In this document: positions 1-9,872 of the stretch, piece by piece | Numbering within the stretch: the first letter of the stretch is position 1 | How the letters are laid out: each line of letters starts with the position of its first letter | Virus record (IMG/VR): IMGVR_UViG_3300031539_000002 | Length of the DNA stretch: 64,000 nt | From: a virus | Reading direction: 5' to 3' (one strand) | Notes under the pieces: generated by a model | Told to the model about the DNA's origin: nothing | Database searches by the model: none | What the model saw: the letters and a program-made list of their open reading frames with translations, nothing else | Position numbers and translations under genes: made by a program

Positions 1-1
1 G

Positions 2-172
2 AAAGACGCGGGCAAGAAAGCCCACGGCTACACCCTCACCGCCGACTCCTTGACCCCCGGCAATGAATCCAAAGGCCCCAAGGACGAGGGCGAAGAAGAC
101 GAGGGTTGGGTTCCGGGTCATCGCACCGATGGCAAGGACAAGAAGGCCCACGGCTACACGCTTACTGCGTAG
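2..172 (+). CDS. 3' end of a head-module protein (partial) with KKAHGYTLTA repeated twice
   Basis: Frame 2 is open from the window edge to TAG 170-172: KDAGKKAHGYTLTA...KDKKAHGYTLTA*. The stop overlaps the AGGAGG RBS of the next gene. Confidence 0.65.
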   Translation, partial: KDAGKKAHGYTLTADSLTPGNESKGPKDEGEEDEGWVPGHRTDGKDKKAHGYTLTA

Positions 173-182
173 GAGGATCTTG

Positions 183-806
183 ATGGAGCGACGAGCAGAC
201 GAAGGTAACTGGCAAGCCCGTGGACAAGAGTTCCGCGTGGGTCAGACCGTGCAGCTCGTCAACGGGGGCGAGACGGATGTGGGGCGCGTCGTTGCGGTCT
301 GGCCGGGCATCGGCATGTGTGACGTGCAGTTCCCACACACGAGCTACCGCTTCCCCGTCGAAGACCTCCAGATCATCAATCAAGGGGACGACCCCTTCAT
401 CGCTCCCATGCACGAGGACGTTCCGGGTGGCCCCGGCTCCGAAGGCGACGTGTCCGAAGGCGCTCCTGCCACCAACGTCATCGAGGGCGAAGTGCCCCGC
501 ATCGAACTCGTCCACGAGGTCGGCAAGACCGCCGAGGAAATGACGAGCCGCGTTGCTCAAGCTTTTGTGAAGAAGTCGCTCTACTGGCACGCCACCGATC
601 GCAAATATCGGGTGAGCCGTGAAGAGCACGCGAACGGTCACTACAAGTGCCCGGCCAAGTCCTGCACAGGCCACCTGCGTCGCGCGAACTACAAGATGGA
701 GGACGGCCGCATGGTCAAACTCCACGCCTGCCCCGAGTGCCTGTTCATGATCCGAGCTTCGGACATCATGGACGACCATTGCGCTTCGTCGAAGGGAGCT
801 GCCTGA
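183..806 (+). CDS. Hypothetical head-region protein, N-terminal SH3-like barrel and C-terminal Zn ribbon
   Basis: AGGAGG at 171-176 precedes ATG 183 (better start than 63). FRVGQTVQL..GRVVAVWP..DVQF; CPAKSC/CPEC; KTA/RVA motifs. Confidence 0.6.
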   Translation: MERRADEGNWQARGQEFRVGQTVQLVNGGETDVGRVVAVWPGIGMCDVQFPHTSYRFPVEDLQIINQGDDPFIAPMHEDVPGGPGSEGDVSEGAPATNVIEGEVPRIELVHEVGKTAEEMTSRVAQAFVKKSLYWHATDRKYRVSREEHANGHYKCPAKSCTGHLRRANYKMEDGRMVKLHACPECLFMIRASDIMDDHCASSKGAA

Positions 807-807
807 T

Positions 808-2316
808 ATGGCGTTCTCTAAGACCGCTCGAGCAGACGTGACGCAGCCTTCGTGGTCGATGGACCATTGGGGCAACTTCGTGCAGCAAGCGCGTGGGCGC
901 GTTCGTACTGCTTCAGGTTCCCCGAACCTGGTGTCCCAGGCATCGGAGATCCTCCAAGAGAACTTCTCTCCCGAGAAGTACCTCCTGACGCACGCGACCA
1001 TCGTGGCGTCGGTGGATACCGATGACGTGCAGAACGTCAAGCTCGGGAACATCAACGAGCTCGGTCGCAAGGTGAATCGCCGGTGGGCGAACTACCGCAT
1101 CAAGCCGGGCTGCGACATCTACATCAACAACAACCACGACGCGTGGGACCGACCGGTGCTCCTCAAGAGCTACCGAACCTTCGTCGGCGCCCACAACTTC
1201 GTGGAGCACGTTCAGATCGAGGACCAGTCGAAGGGCCGCATCATCGATGCTGCTGCCCGCGACATCGGCGACTCGGTCTACGTGGACATCCTCATCGCGA
1301 CCAACCGCCGTCACTCGAGCCTGATTCGGGACATCGAAGCTGGCCGCATGAACACGATGAGCATGGGCTGCTCCGTCACGGAAACGATCTGCACGAAGTG
1401 CGGGAACGTGGCCGCCGACGAGACGGAGATGTGCGAGCACGTCAAGTACGCCAAGGGGCAGTACGAGTACGACTCGTTGGGACGCAAGTACCGAGTGGCC
1501 GAACTCTGCGGCCATAGTGACATCGACCCCACAGGCGGCGTGACGTTCATCGAAGCGTCATGGGTCGCGGTCCCTGCTTTCCAGGGTGCCGTGATGCGCA
1601 ACATCCTTGCGCCAGGCTCCATCAACTTGGATACGCGGAGTCAGATGCAGAAGGTGCTCTCAGAGCCCCCTTCGCAGTGGACTGCCGACGATGATCAAAT
1701 GGCCAAGGCCGCTCGCACACTCGAAGTGACGTTCGATGAGAACTCCCTCGATGCTGTGCAGCTCGCCGAGCGCCGTCGCCTCCAGCGTATTGCTGAGATG
1801 CCCGCCATGCCTGAGATGCCCCCAATGGGTGCTCCGGGCGAAGGTGGCGCACCAGGCGGTGAAGAAGCTGACCCGATGAAGGATCTCGAGGACGAGATCG
1901 AGAAGTACGTCCTCGACAAGATCAAGAAGAAGATTCGGGACAAGATGGTTTCGGAGGAGGACGAGGACCAGGTTTCCGAAGAGGAACTTGCCACGTCGTC
2001 CAACGAGAACATCAACCACCAAGCAGCCAAAGTCGCTGCACTGACGAACGGTACGAAGACCCTTCTTCGCATCGCTCGCTCTGACGTGGAGTTGCTCGAC
2101 GGGATGGCCCGTCTCCAGCAAAGCCACGGCATCAAAGTTTCGAGAGAACTGTACAGGACCGCCCTCCGGGTCGGGTCTACCGACGGGCACCCCTCTCTCG
2201 AAAAGTACCTCGTGCAATGTGCCGAGGTGCTTGGTCACAACCCAAACACGGGAGAATCCAAGACCTTGGTGCGTCTTGGGCGAATCCTTTCAATGCGAAA
2301 GAAGACCCGGTTCTAG
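808..2316 (+). CDS. Putative prohead (capsid maturation) protease with Zn-binding insert
   Basis: NNNHDAW, HNFVEH, SMGC..CTKC..CEH, FIEASWVAVPA. Lies upstream of scaffold and MCP; resembles the Bxz1-type protease from memory. Confidence 0.7.
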   Translation: MAFSKTARADVTQPSWSMDHWGNFVQQARGRVRTASGSPNLVSQASEILQENFSPEKYLLTHATIVASVDTDDVQNVKLGNINELGRKVNRRWANYRIKPGCDIYINNNHDAWDRPVLLKSYRTFVGAHNFVEHVQIEDQSKGRIIDAAARDIGDSVYVDILIATNRRHSSLIRDIEAGRMNTMSMGCSVTETICTKCGNVAADETEMCEHVKYAKGQYEYDSLGRKYRVAELCGHSDIDPTGGVTFIEASWVAVPAFQGAVMRNILAPGSINLDTRSQMQKVLSEPPSQWTADDDQMAKAARTLEVTFDENSLDAVQLAERRRLQRIAEMPAMPEMPPMGAPGEGGAPGGEEADPMKDLEDEIEKYVLDKIKKKIRDKMVSEEDEDQVSEEELATSSNENINHQAAKVAALTNGTKTLLRIARSDVELLDGMARLQQSHGIKVSRELYRTALRVGSTDGHPSLEKYLVQCAEVLGHNPNTGESKTLVRLGRILSMRKKTRF

Positions 2317-2347
2317 CCAGAACACCAAGTCTCAGGAGAAAAAAATC

Positions 2348-3793
2348 ATGGCACGTCAACGACTCACCCGTAAGCTGGCCGAGCAAAGCAAAAAGGCCTC
2401 CCCTCCCCCACAGATCCCCGCGGTCGATCGCACTGAGGGCCCGAGCAATCCGGCCTACTACCCCGATCCCGACGCGGACAAGTATCAGAACGGCGACACC
2501 AGCTCGTGGGCAGAAGATCCCCACAAGCCGATGGAGCCCGAGAGCCCGCCCCCGGCCATGCCCGGTAACCTGACCACGGAGAAGCTGGATCACCCCGGCA
2601 CCTCCGAGTTCAGCAAGAAGCCCGAAACCCCGGAGCAAGCTGCTGCCGAAGGTGGCGGCGGTGGCAAGTCGGCGTCCCTCAAGGAGCTCGCCGAGCAGCG
2701 CGCTACCCTGTGCGTCCGTCTCGCTTCTGCAATGCTGCCCAAGTCCTCGGCCCTCGAGATCGAGGAGCGCGCTGTCAGGCTCATGGACCTTGACGACGCA
2801 AAGCTCAAGGCCGCAATGGAGACCTTCAACGTCCTCGCCGGCGAAGAGCCCGACGAGTTCGAAGAGGGCGAAGAGTCCGAAGGGACCAAGGAGTTCGACG
2901 AAGAGAAGGAAGGCGGCAAGAAGGCTGCTCACGAACTCACCGCGCACTCGGCACGCATCGCGAAGATTGAGGGTGCGCTTGGTCGCATCGTCAAGGCCAT
3001 GGGCCACTTCTTCGGGATGGAAGAGGGCGACGAGGGCATGAGCGACAAGGAGCTCATGGCCTACCTCATGGCCGAGGACATGGACGGCGACGGCGTCGAC
3101 CAGAACGAGCCCGACTACGGCTACGGCGGTGGCGGCGAGAAGTCCTCCATGGAAGAGGAAGTGGAAGAGGAAGAGGCCATGCTTCGCGCCATGCTCGAGG
3201 AGATGGACGAGGAAATGGCTGTCATGGCTTCGGCCGCGACCGAGACCACCGAGCCTCTCGCCAAGGGTGCGGACATCCAATCGGGTGAGGGCGGCAACGT
3301 CAATCCCGATCCCGCTCCCCACACTCCCGTCGTCGCTCAGAGCGACGGTGCCGAGAAGAAGGCCAACGAGGACCCCACCGACAACGACATCGAGATCAGC
3401 GCCTCTGGTGCTGACCCGATGGGTCTGATGGACCTCACCGCTTCGGCCGACGACGAGCTGCTTGCTCTCTACGCCGATCTCGACCTGCCCAAGACGGCCG
3501 GTGAGGAAATGGAAGAGGCCGAGGAAGCCCCGGTCGACGACGAAGCCGGAACCGATGAGAAGGCCGAAGAGGACGACATCGAGTTCGGTGCCGACGACGA
3601 GAAGAAGGGTGGCAAGAAGGCCGCACCCGTCAAGCAACGTCCGCAGCCCAAGGCGGCTTCGGCCGGCGCTCGCACGCTCGGCAATGTTGCCGGGATGCCC
3701 AAGGCTGCACACGACGAGATCGCCGAGCTCGGCAAGATCTGGGACACCGCTCCCGACGTTGCGTCTGTGTTCGGACTCCCCAGCGGAAGCTGA
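2348..3793 (+). CDS. Putative capsid scaffolding protein (acidic, low complexity)
   Basis: AGGAG at 2334-2338 before ATG 2348; E/D-rich; between protease and capsid genes; many KKA/KTA motifs. Confidence 0.6.
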   Translation: MARQRLTRKLAEQSKKASPPPQIPAVDRTEGPSNPAYYPDPDADKYQNGDTSSWAEDPHKPMEPESPPPAMPGNLTTEKLDHPGTSEFSKKPETPEQAAAEGGGGGKSASLKELAEQRATLCVRLASAMLPKSSALEIEERAVRLMDLDDAKLKAAMETFNVLAGEEPDEFEEGEESEGTKEFDEEKEGGKKAAHELTAHSARIAKIEGALGRIVKAMGHFFGMEEGDEGMSDKELMAYLMAEDMDGDGVDQNEPDYGYGGGGEKSSMEEEVEEEEAMLRAMLEEMDEEMAVMASAATETTEPLAKGADIQSGEGGNVNPDPAPHTPVVAQSDGAEKKANEDPTDNDIEISASGADPMGLMDLTASADDELLALYADLDLPKTAGEEMEEAEEAPVDDEAGTDEKAEEDDIEFGADDEKKGGKKAAPVKQRPQPKAASAGARTLGNVAGMPKAAHDEIAELGKIWDTAPDVASVFGLPSGS

Positions 3794-3807
3794 TCAGAGA
3801 GTTCTCC

Positions 3808-3850
3808 AGGTCGAAGGGGCTTTTAGTTTCCCTATAAGCCCTTTCGACCT
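3808..3850 (+). terminator. 15-bp inverted repeat hairpin after scaffold gene (terminator or processing stem)
   Basis: AGGTCGAAGGGGCTT (3808-3822) pairs with AAGCCCTTTCGACCT (3836-3850), one G-U pair; no clear U tract. Confidence 0.45.
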
Positions 3851-3983
3851 CGGTAAAGCCCCTATCTGGGGACCATATATGTGAATGACGAGGTTTCGGG
3901 TCGGTAGCGTGAATTGATCTTATTCCGAGATCAGCCGACACGAACCCCATCACACTCAGCCAGTAAACAAGGAGCACAGCGAT

Positions 3984-4643
3984 ATGCCAATGCTTGGACA
4001 GGCGAGTGGCGGGTTCACGGAGAGCTCTGCAGCCCTACGGCTTTTGCACGTAGGAATTAGGAACGCAACGGGCGTTCTGACCGCAGATGGCTTCACCCAG
4101 ACCAACCCTCCCATCGTCACTACAGCGGGCACGATTTCCACTCAGACCAACACCGGCGTTGCCGGCGTCCTGAGCGGTTCCGTGGCCTTCACCCGACCCG
4201 ATCAAGGGTCGAACTTCATCGGAGGTCCGGTTGAACCCGGCGCCCCCGACAACATTCTCATCCGCCCCCTCGGCGTGTTCGTGAACACGGCCGTCGGCAA
4301 TGCGTTTGAGAACCAACCCGGACCTGCATCCGGCAAGAACACCTACGTGTCTGCACAAGGAACCTACGGGAACCAACTGTTCGAGACGCAGGCCCTTGCC
4401 ACGGTCGGTGCCGTCACCGTCGGTGACGACCTGATCTACCAGGCCGGCCAAGAGCTCGTCGCTTCTCGCAACGGGTACCTCATGATGCGCGTCACCACGC
4501 AGACTGGTGCGGCGATTTCCCTGGACGTGGCTTCCACCACTTCCGAGGTCGCCAACGGCAATACTGCCTCAACCCTGCTGGGCGTCCTCAAGATGCCGCC
4601 CGACAGCGAGCAATTCGAGCTCGTCTACGACCAGCGCGTCTAG
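3984..4643 (+). CDS. Putative capsid decoration / minor head protein
   Basis: AAGGAG RBS; G/T/A-rich beta-type sequence; immediately upstream of MCP. Confidence 0.6.
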   Translation: MPMLGQASGGFTESSAALRLLHVGIRNATGVLTADGFTQTNPPIVTTAGTISTQTNTGVAGVLSGSVAFTRPDQGSNFIGGPVEPGAPDNILIRPLGVFVNTAVGNAFENQPGPASGKNTYVSAQGTYGNQLFETQALATVGAVTVGDDLIYQAGQELVASRNGYLMMRVTTQTGAAISLDVASTTSEVANGNTASTLLGVLKMPPDSEQFELVYDQRV

Positions 4644-4658
4644 GAAAGGAGAGAGAAA

Positions 4659-5534
4659 ATGACCGGTGTATCCAACGCTGTGAAGCAAAAACTCATCTCC
4701 GAGTACATCAAGACCCCCGCGGGTCGTGCCAAGCTCGCTGCCTCTCTGACGCAGCCGCTCCGTACTCGGCGAGACTACACCTCGGTAGGCCGCAAGACCT
4801 TTTTGGTCGAGCAGCTCCCCGATGGTGCCCTGCCCATCTACGACAAAGACCCGGACGTGACAGCGTACGTGGTCGGCGAGGAAGGCGAGAACATCATCGC
4901 CGTCACCAAGCCACGTCGTGTGATTTTTCCGTTGTTCGAGATCGCCTCGAACCCGGAGATTCCACTCACCCAAATCAAGGAGCGTCGTTTCGATCTGATC
5001 GAGCGTGCTCAGGATCTTGCGCGTGCGCAGATCCAGGCTGCCGAAGACGAGCGCGTCTTCGCTGTCCTTGATGCCATCGCCACCAACGGGTTCGACTCGA
5101 TCCCCGGTGGTACCAACCCCGACATTCCAGTGGTCGCTCCGATCTCTGGTGCGGTGCTGGCCGACGCCTTCGCTCTCATCGAGCGCCACGACCTCCGGGT
5201 CGCGCGCGTGTACATGAACGCGCGGGACTACGCCGACATCAGGAAGTTTGGCCGCGATATTCTCGACATCGAGAGTCAGGCCACGCTGCTCAAGACCGGC
5301 CTCCAGGCTACCCTTTGGGGTGCCCAGGTCATCACGAGTCGCATCGTTCCTGCTGGCACCGTCTATGTATGTTGCGAACCTGAAATGTTCGGTAGGATTC
5401 CGGTCCGCACCGAGCTGACCGTCCTCTCTGCGGACGATCCCAAGGCTCGGACCATTGGCTTCAGTGTGTTCGAAAACTTGGGTATTGGTGCGTATAACCC
5501 GCGTGGGTTGACTCGCCTCACCGTGACCCGCTAG
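4659..5534 (+). CDS. Major capsid protein (HK97-type fold, Bxz1-like)
   Basis: AAGGAG RBS. GRAKLAASL.QPLR, LPDGALPIYD and PLFEIASNPEI...AQIQAAEDERVF match cluster C mycobacteriophage MCP motifs as I recall them. Followed by a terminator. Confidence 0.85.
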   Translation: MTGVSNAVKQKLISEYIKTPAGRAKLAASLTQPLRTRRDYTSVGRKTFLVEQLPDGALPIYDKDPDVTAYVVGEEGENIIAVTKPRRVIFPLFEIASNPEIPLTQIKERRFDLIERAQDLARAQIQAAEDERVFAVLDAIATNGFDSIPGGTNPDIPVVAPISGAVLADAFALIERHDLRVARVYMNARDYADIRKFGRDILDIESQATLLKTGLQATLWGAQVITSRIVPAGTVYVCCEPEMFGRIPVRTELTVLSADDPKARTIGFSVFENLGIGAYNPRGLTRLTVTR

Positions 5535-5555
5535 TAGCGGCAGAACGGCCAAACA

Positions 5556-5594
5556 AGGGAAGCCCTCACTCTTCGGAGTGGGGGCTTTTCCTTT
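5556..5594 (+). terminator. Intrinsic terminator after MCP
   Basis: GGGAAGCCCTCACTC-TTCG-GAGTGGGGGCTTTTCC stem with cUUCGg tetraloop, then TTT. Confidence 0.8.
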
Positions 5595-5637
5595 GGTTGC
5601 GGAGCATACTGGAGCGTAGTAAAAGACCTTAGTACCT

Positions 5638-6612
5638 ATGCGTGCCATCCCGTGTCCCATCACCAAAGCCGAACTCGAGCAGCTCTATCTCGGCGAGAAA
5701 CTCACCGACGACGAGGTCGCAGTCCGTATCGGCAAGGAGGCGACAGCCAAGCGTGTGCGCTCATGGAGGAAGCGTCTGGGCATTCGCACGCTCCAGCGGT
5801 GGGAACGGTACGACGTGCCTCCGATCGAGGGGCGTCTCAAGTCGCTGCTCGTGGGATCGATGCTCGGTGACGGGAGGCTCGTCCACAGGACGCACGCGAC
5901 CCACTACACGGAGAACCACGAGGACGACCAGAAACCCTATCTTGAGTGGAAAATGGCTCAGTGGGGCTCCTGGGTCCGCGTGGAGCCCAAGCACGTAGAC
6001 AAGACGAAGGACGGCAAGACATACCGGTCTTGGCGGTTCCACACGGTCGCCCATGAGGCCCTGAACGACTGGCAAGCGTTGTTCTACGAGAACCGTGATC
6101 GAGGGTGGAAGATCCTTGTGCCCGAACTCGTGGATCACGTCGATGAATTCGCGCTCGCCATCTGGTACCTCGATGACGGCTACGCGGGGTGGTGGCCCGA
6201 GTACCTTTTCGGTTCGACAGCCGAGAGCCGCAAAGTGGCATGGGCGATCTTTGAGAAGTTCGGGCTCAAACCTCGGTGGCAATTCGTCAAAGAGATGGAG
6301 GGACGTGAAACTGGCAAGTTCCACATGGAGCGCGAGGACACAGCCGAGCGTTTTCTTGAGATCGTGCGCCCGCACGTCCCGGCCTGCATGGCCTACAAGG
6401 TCAAGAGCTTCGGTTACAACAGCGGGCGCAACAACATCATCAAGGGCAAGCTCGACCCCGAGGTCTTGCGCGAGCTGGCGGCCGAGGGGATTCCGATCCG
6501 ACGCATGGCCAAGTTGTTCGGGGTCGGGGGCGCGACCATCGACCGACATCTCAAGAAGCATGGCATCGAGCACGCGAGAACCAAAGGGAACCCGCGCCAC
6601 AGGACCCCATGA
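5638..6612 (+). mobile_element. Free-standing double-motif LAGLIDADG homing endonuclease with terminal HTH-like segments
   Basis: LLVGSMLGDG and LAIWYLDDG motifs; C-terminal IRRMAKLFGVGGATIDRHL HTH. Confidence 0.8.
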
Positions 6613-7100
6613 GCAACAAAGACTTCCCACTGTTTCCGGTCCCGGATGAGGGGCTGCCTTTGTTCGACGGGGTTGAGTACCGGCTGGATGGTCTGGAGCG
6701 GGAAGTTCGTGAAATTCTGTGGTCTCTTGCGGACCGTCTTGGTGAGTTGAAAGAGTGGGCCTGGCTGGTGGGCGGCACGCTGGAGAAGGGAGGTCTGCGA
6801 ACGATTGTGCGGATGGCCGCTGTGGAGCTGAACCGTTGTGGGGTCCTTGCGGATGGGGTGTCCCCTGTAGACCTTCAAGAGGACATGGTGACGTGTTTCG
6901 TGCCGGAGGACTGCGCAGGGTTGTGGCGTAAGACGGTGGTGTGGCATGCCGTGGTGGTGGCGGTCACGACGTTGTCGGAGAAGGGGTCGAATCCAGTTTC
7001 CGATCGTCTTTGGTCACAGATTCGGCCTCGGCTGTTTGAAGCCTGGACCGAGCTTGCCGACAAGTTAGGCGTTGATGCGCCGGTTCTGGATGTGTGGTGA
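6609..7100 (+). CDS. Hypothetical protein
   Basis: ATGA overlap with upstream gene; 163 aa. Confidence 0.5.
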   Translation: MSNKDFPLFPVPDEGLPLFDGVEYRLDGLEREVREILWSLADRLGELKEWAWLVGGTLEKGGLRTIVRMAAVELNRCGVLADGVSPVDLQEDMVTCFVPEDCAGLWRKTVVWHAVVVAVTTLSEKGSNPVSDRLWSQIRPRLFEAWTELADKLGVDAPVLDVW

Positions 7101-7204
7101 GGGATCATCAGCGGGAGCCTGTCCTGGTGTTCCGCAAGCCGTAGGGGCGCCCTCCGCAGGAGAAGGGGTAGAAGGAGAGACATGGGCGTCCGCGACGAAA
7201 CGAC

Positions 7205-7233
7205 TTGACTTTTGTTCTGCGTTCTCCTAGAAC
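7205..7233 (+). promoter_or_regulatory. Sigma70-like promoter of the helicase/repeat operon
   Basis: TTGACT (7205-7210)-N17-TAGAAC (7228-7233), 9 nt before ATG 7243. Confidence 0.55.
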
Positions 7234-7242
7234 GGGAGAGAC

Positions 7243-7851
7243 ATGCCACAGCATTCTCTAAAAGAGATTCAACGCAGCATCCGGGAGTTCTACAAGGAGC
7301 ATGGAAAACGCCCGACGAGTCGGAGCTCCGGGGAGGGCCTGAACTGGAATGGGGTGGATCAGTGGCTCCGCAAAAACGACTACGGGTCTGTTGCTCAGGT
7401 CTCTCAGGATCTGGGGATCTCAGGGCCCCATGCCGATCATGGCCTTGCAAAGATCAAGAAGGGCATTCGGAAGTTCAAGGCGGAGCACGGGAAAATCCCT
7501 AGTGTTTTGACGGGAGACGCCACGGAGGACGTGGGGTACAGGACGAGCTGGGTGAACGTGAACAACTGGCTCCGTACACACGGGCACGGCTCTCTCGCTC
7601 AGCTATGTCAGAGGATGGGGGTTGCGTCTTCGGTGAGCCATTCGCTGGAGGCTATCCGTGTTGGCGTCGCACTTTTTGAGAAGGAGCACGGGCGCCCTCC
7701 TCGTCAACGTGACGGGGACGCGACCTCTTATGTGACCTACAGGACTACGTGGCGAGCGGTGGATGCGTGGTTGCGCCGGAACGGAACTTCTCTTGGGGCA
7801 TCGAGCACCGACAGGAAAAAGCACACGACTGACAAGGACAAAAAATCATGA
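7243..7851 (+). CDS. Protein with 3 helical HGRxP..W repeats (helicase-associated / HNH-associated-repeat-like)
   Basis: FYKEHGKRP..WLR, FKAEHGKIP..GDAT..VGY..W, FEKEHGRPP..GDAT..Y..W. Confidence 0.7.
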   Translation: MPQHSLKEIQRSIREFYKEHGKRPTSRSSGEGLNWNGVDQWLRKNDYGSVAQVSQDLGISGPHADHGLAKIKKGIRKFKAEHGKIPSVLTGDATEDVGYRTSWVNVNNWLRTHGHGSLAQLCQRMGVASSVSHSLEAIRVGVALFEKEHGRPPRQRDGDATSYVTYRTTWRAVDAWLRRNGTSLGASSTDRKKHTTDKDKKS

Positions 7852-9872
7852 AATTCCGCAAGCTCCGCAAGTACCAAGCCAAGCACAAGCGCGCGATCCT
7901 CCAGGCCCTCCACGAGGACCGGGATGTGCTCTACAACGCCCCGACAGGTGCGGGGAAGGGCACGGTGGGAACCTCGGTCATCGACGATCTCAGCCGGGGG
8001 GACTGGAACGGTGTCGTGGTGGTCGTTCCGATGCACACCATCCGGGACAGTTTCATGTACAACGGCGCGGGTTCGCCTGACTTGTTCGATCTCGAGATCT
8101 ACAACGGCGAACCGAGCACGAAACGGAGGTTCGCGAAGTGGATGCGCAAGCACTGGCAGGACCGGTCGTTCGCCTCGGTGATCTGCCGGCAGTCCTTCGT
8201 GCACGTTTCGTTGCCTCAAGATCTCACCGGTTGGACCCTCGTCATTGACGAGGCCCACGGCAGCACGATCGAGACGGGAGATGATGCGCCGCTCATGGGG
8301 ATGAAGCGCAAAGAGTGGACCGATCGAGGGGGGCGCCTCGTCGTGATCTCGGCGACGCCCTACCGCGGCGACGGTCTCCAAGTCTACGACGACACCTTTG
8401 TCCAAGTGCGTCGCTCCATCGCGGAGCATTCGCTGCCTGACGAGGACGGCAAGCGGTACGCGCCGAAACATTTCGAGATTCGCGCGGTGGGTCTCACGGG
8501 CTACCAGGTCCGAACGAAGGACGAGCTCTACGGGGAAAAGGCGCCGCGCCACATCACCCCCACTGCCATCAGAAAGATGGTCCGGGAGTGGAAGGGTGCG
8601 GGGTGTCCCAAGACCGTTATCATCGTCCCGGCCGGGGAGTCTGGCTCGTGGAGTTATCAAGTAGTCGAGGCGTTCGAGCGTGAGAAGGTTCCGTACCGAG
8701 GCGGTACCGCGGCGCAGGTCCACAACGCAGTCGGTACTGGTAAGGAGTGCCAAGACAAGCTCCTGGCACTCCTCGCCCGTGAGCGCGAAGTGACGCACAT
8801 CGACCAGTCCCAGGCGGATGTGATCGTCGCCTGCGCGCGTTTCGATGAAGGGACCGACTGGCCCTTGTGCAGTCACATCTACCACGTCGGGTTTCCGAAG
8901 ACGATCCGGCGCACCAATCAGCGGTGGGGTCGTTCTTTCCGTAGCAAGGCCGGGATCAAGGGACATCCGCACCCGGATGTGGCGCAGATCTGTTTCTTCG
9001 TGCCGGAGTTGACGAAGGAGATGCGCGACCAGATGGCGGTGCCCGCGTTTGAGCGGCTCCACCTTCGTATGGCGCTTCTGATGGCCGGCCACCTCGAGGA
9101 CCACGAGGCTGGCCAGATGCTCGTGTCTGTGATCCGGGACGTGGTCAAGATGAACACGCCCTCGGTCCCAGTCAACGTGGACCTCGACGAGATCGAGGCG
9201 CGGCTGCAGCCCACGGATGAGGAGATGCAGGCCGTCTCTGTCGCGTTCAAGTATCTGCGACCCGCCGAGAAGGGGCTCAGCCTTGCGGAAGTGGACCGTG
9301 TCGCCGAGCGCCATGGGTTCGACGACCGGTGCAAGATGCTGCTGCGGCTCCGGGTAGCTGCGGCGGTCAAGGACCCGAAGACGCGCGCGGCGATGTTCGA
9401 GGCGCTTCACCATGCGTGCCGCAAGATGTTCAAGAAAGCCAAGAGTACGAAGGGTGACAAACGCAAGTCCTCGGTGTCGAGCCCCATCGATCTGTTGCCG
9501 GGAGTTTTCAATGAGCTGTTCGACGAGTACGTCGTGCGAGAGCACAGGGGACTCATCAAATTCGACCCGCCGATGACGAAGAAGAACTGGCGGATGCTTT
9601 CGCGCCTGACTGGTCGGGACCCCAAGGAGATCGATCAGAGCATGCGGAAGGTCATCGGCATCTTGCACCGCACCGACGACATCATGGCCGGCACCGTGAA
9701 GTACATCGAGGAGCATAGTAAGCCCCCCACGGACTCATCGGGGGATGCCACGCCCTACGTTGGGTACGAAGCGACTTGGAAGTCCGTCAACGCTTACCTC
9801 CGGGGTCACCCGCTATCCAAGGGCGCCGTCGAGGCGTGGCGCCAGAGGAACATGGAGGCGCCGGGGCGGTGA
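7848..9872 (+). CDS. SF2 DExH helicase/ATPase with one C-terminal repeat unit
   Basis: Motifs APTGAGKG (I), IDEAH (II), SAT (III), FDEGTDWP (V), QRWGRSFR (VI). C-terminal YIEEHSKPP..GDATPYVGY..W. Confidence 0.85.
   Translation: MKFRKLRKYQAKHKRAILQALHEDRDVLYNAPTGAGKGTVGTSVIDDLSRGDWNGVVVVVPMHTIRDSFMYNGAGSPDLFDLEIYNGEPSTKRRFAKWMRKHWQDRSFASVICRQSFVHVSLPQDLTGWTLVIDEAHGSTIETGDDAPLMGMKRKEWTDRGGRLVVISATPYRGDGLQVYDDTFVQVRRSIAEHSLPDEDGKRYAPKHFEIRAVGLTGYQVRTKDELYGEKAPRHITPTAIRKMVREWKGAGCPKTVIIVPAGESGSWSYQVVEAFEREKVPYRGGTAAQVHNAVGTGKECQDKLLALLAREREVTHIDQSQADVIVACARFDEGTDWPLCSHIYHVGFPKTIRRTNQRWGRSFRSKAGIKGHPHPDVAQICFFVPELTKEMRDQMAVPAFERLHLRMALLMAGHLEDHEAGQMLVSVIRDVVKMNTPSVPVNVDLDEIEARLQPTDEEMQAVSVAFKYLRPAEKGLSLAEVDRVAERHGFDDRCKMLLRLRVAAAVKDPKTRAAMFEALHHACRKMFKKAKSTKGDKRKSSVSSPIDLLPGVFNELFDEYVVREHRGLIKFDPPMTKKNWRMLSRLTGRDPKEIDQSMRKVIGILHRTDDIMAGTVKYIEEHSKPPTDSSGDATPYVGYEATWKSVNAYLRGHPLSKGAVEAWRQRNMEAPGR

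Noticed and set aside
5535-6612. LAGLIDADG as part of an intein or group I intron in MCP
   Set aside because: MCP ends with TAG and a terminator before it; no splice-junction motifs or downstream exon seen.
7165-7245. Duplicated GGAGAGACATG giving an 8-codon uORF at 7182
   Set aside because: Too short to support as a feature; may be a relic of local duplication.
7737-9716. Long antisense ORFs (also 2177-3712, 36438-38159, 52498-53922, 59905-61689)
   Set aside because: Shadows of high-GC3 sense genes with no motifs. The only antisense sequence accepted is the SLX1-like part of 42755-43687 and its orphan duplicate.
7848-9872. Type I/III restriction or DISARM/BREX assignment for the helicase
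   Set aside because: No PD-(D/E)xK, HNH or PLD nuclease motif and no methyltransferase nearby.
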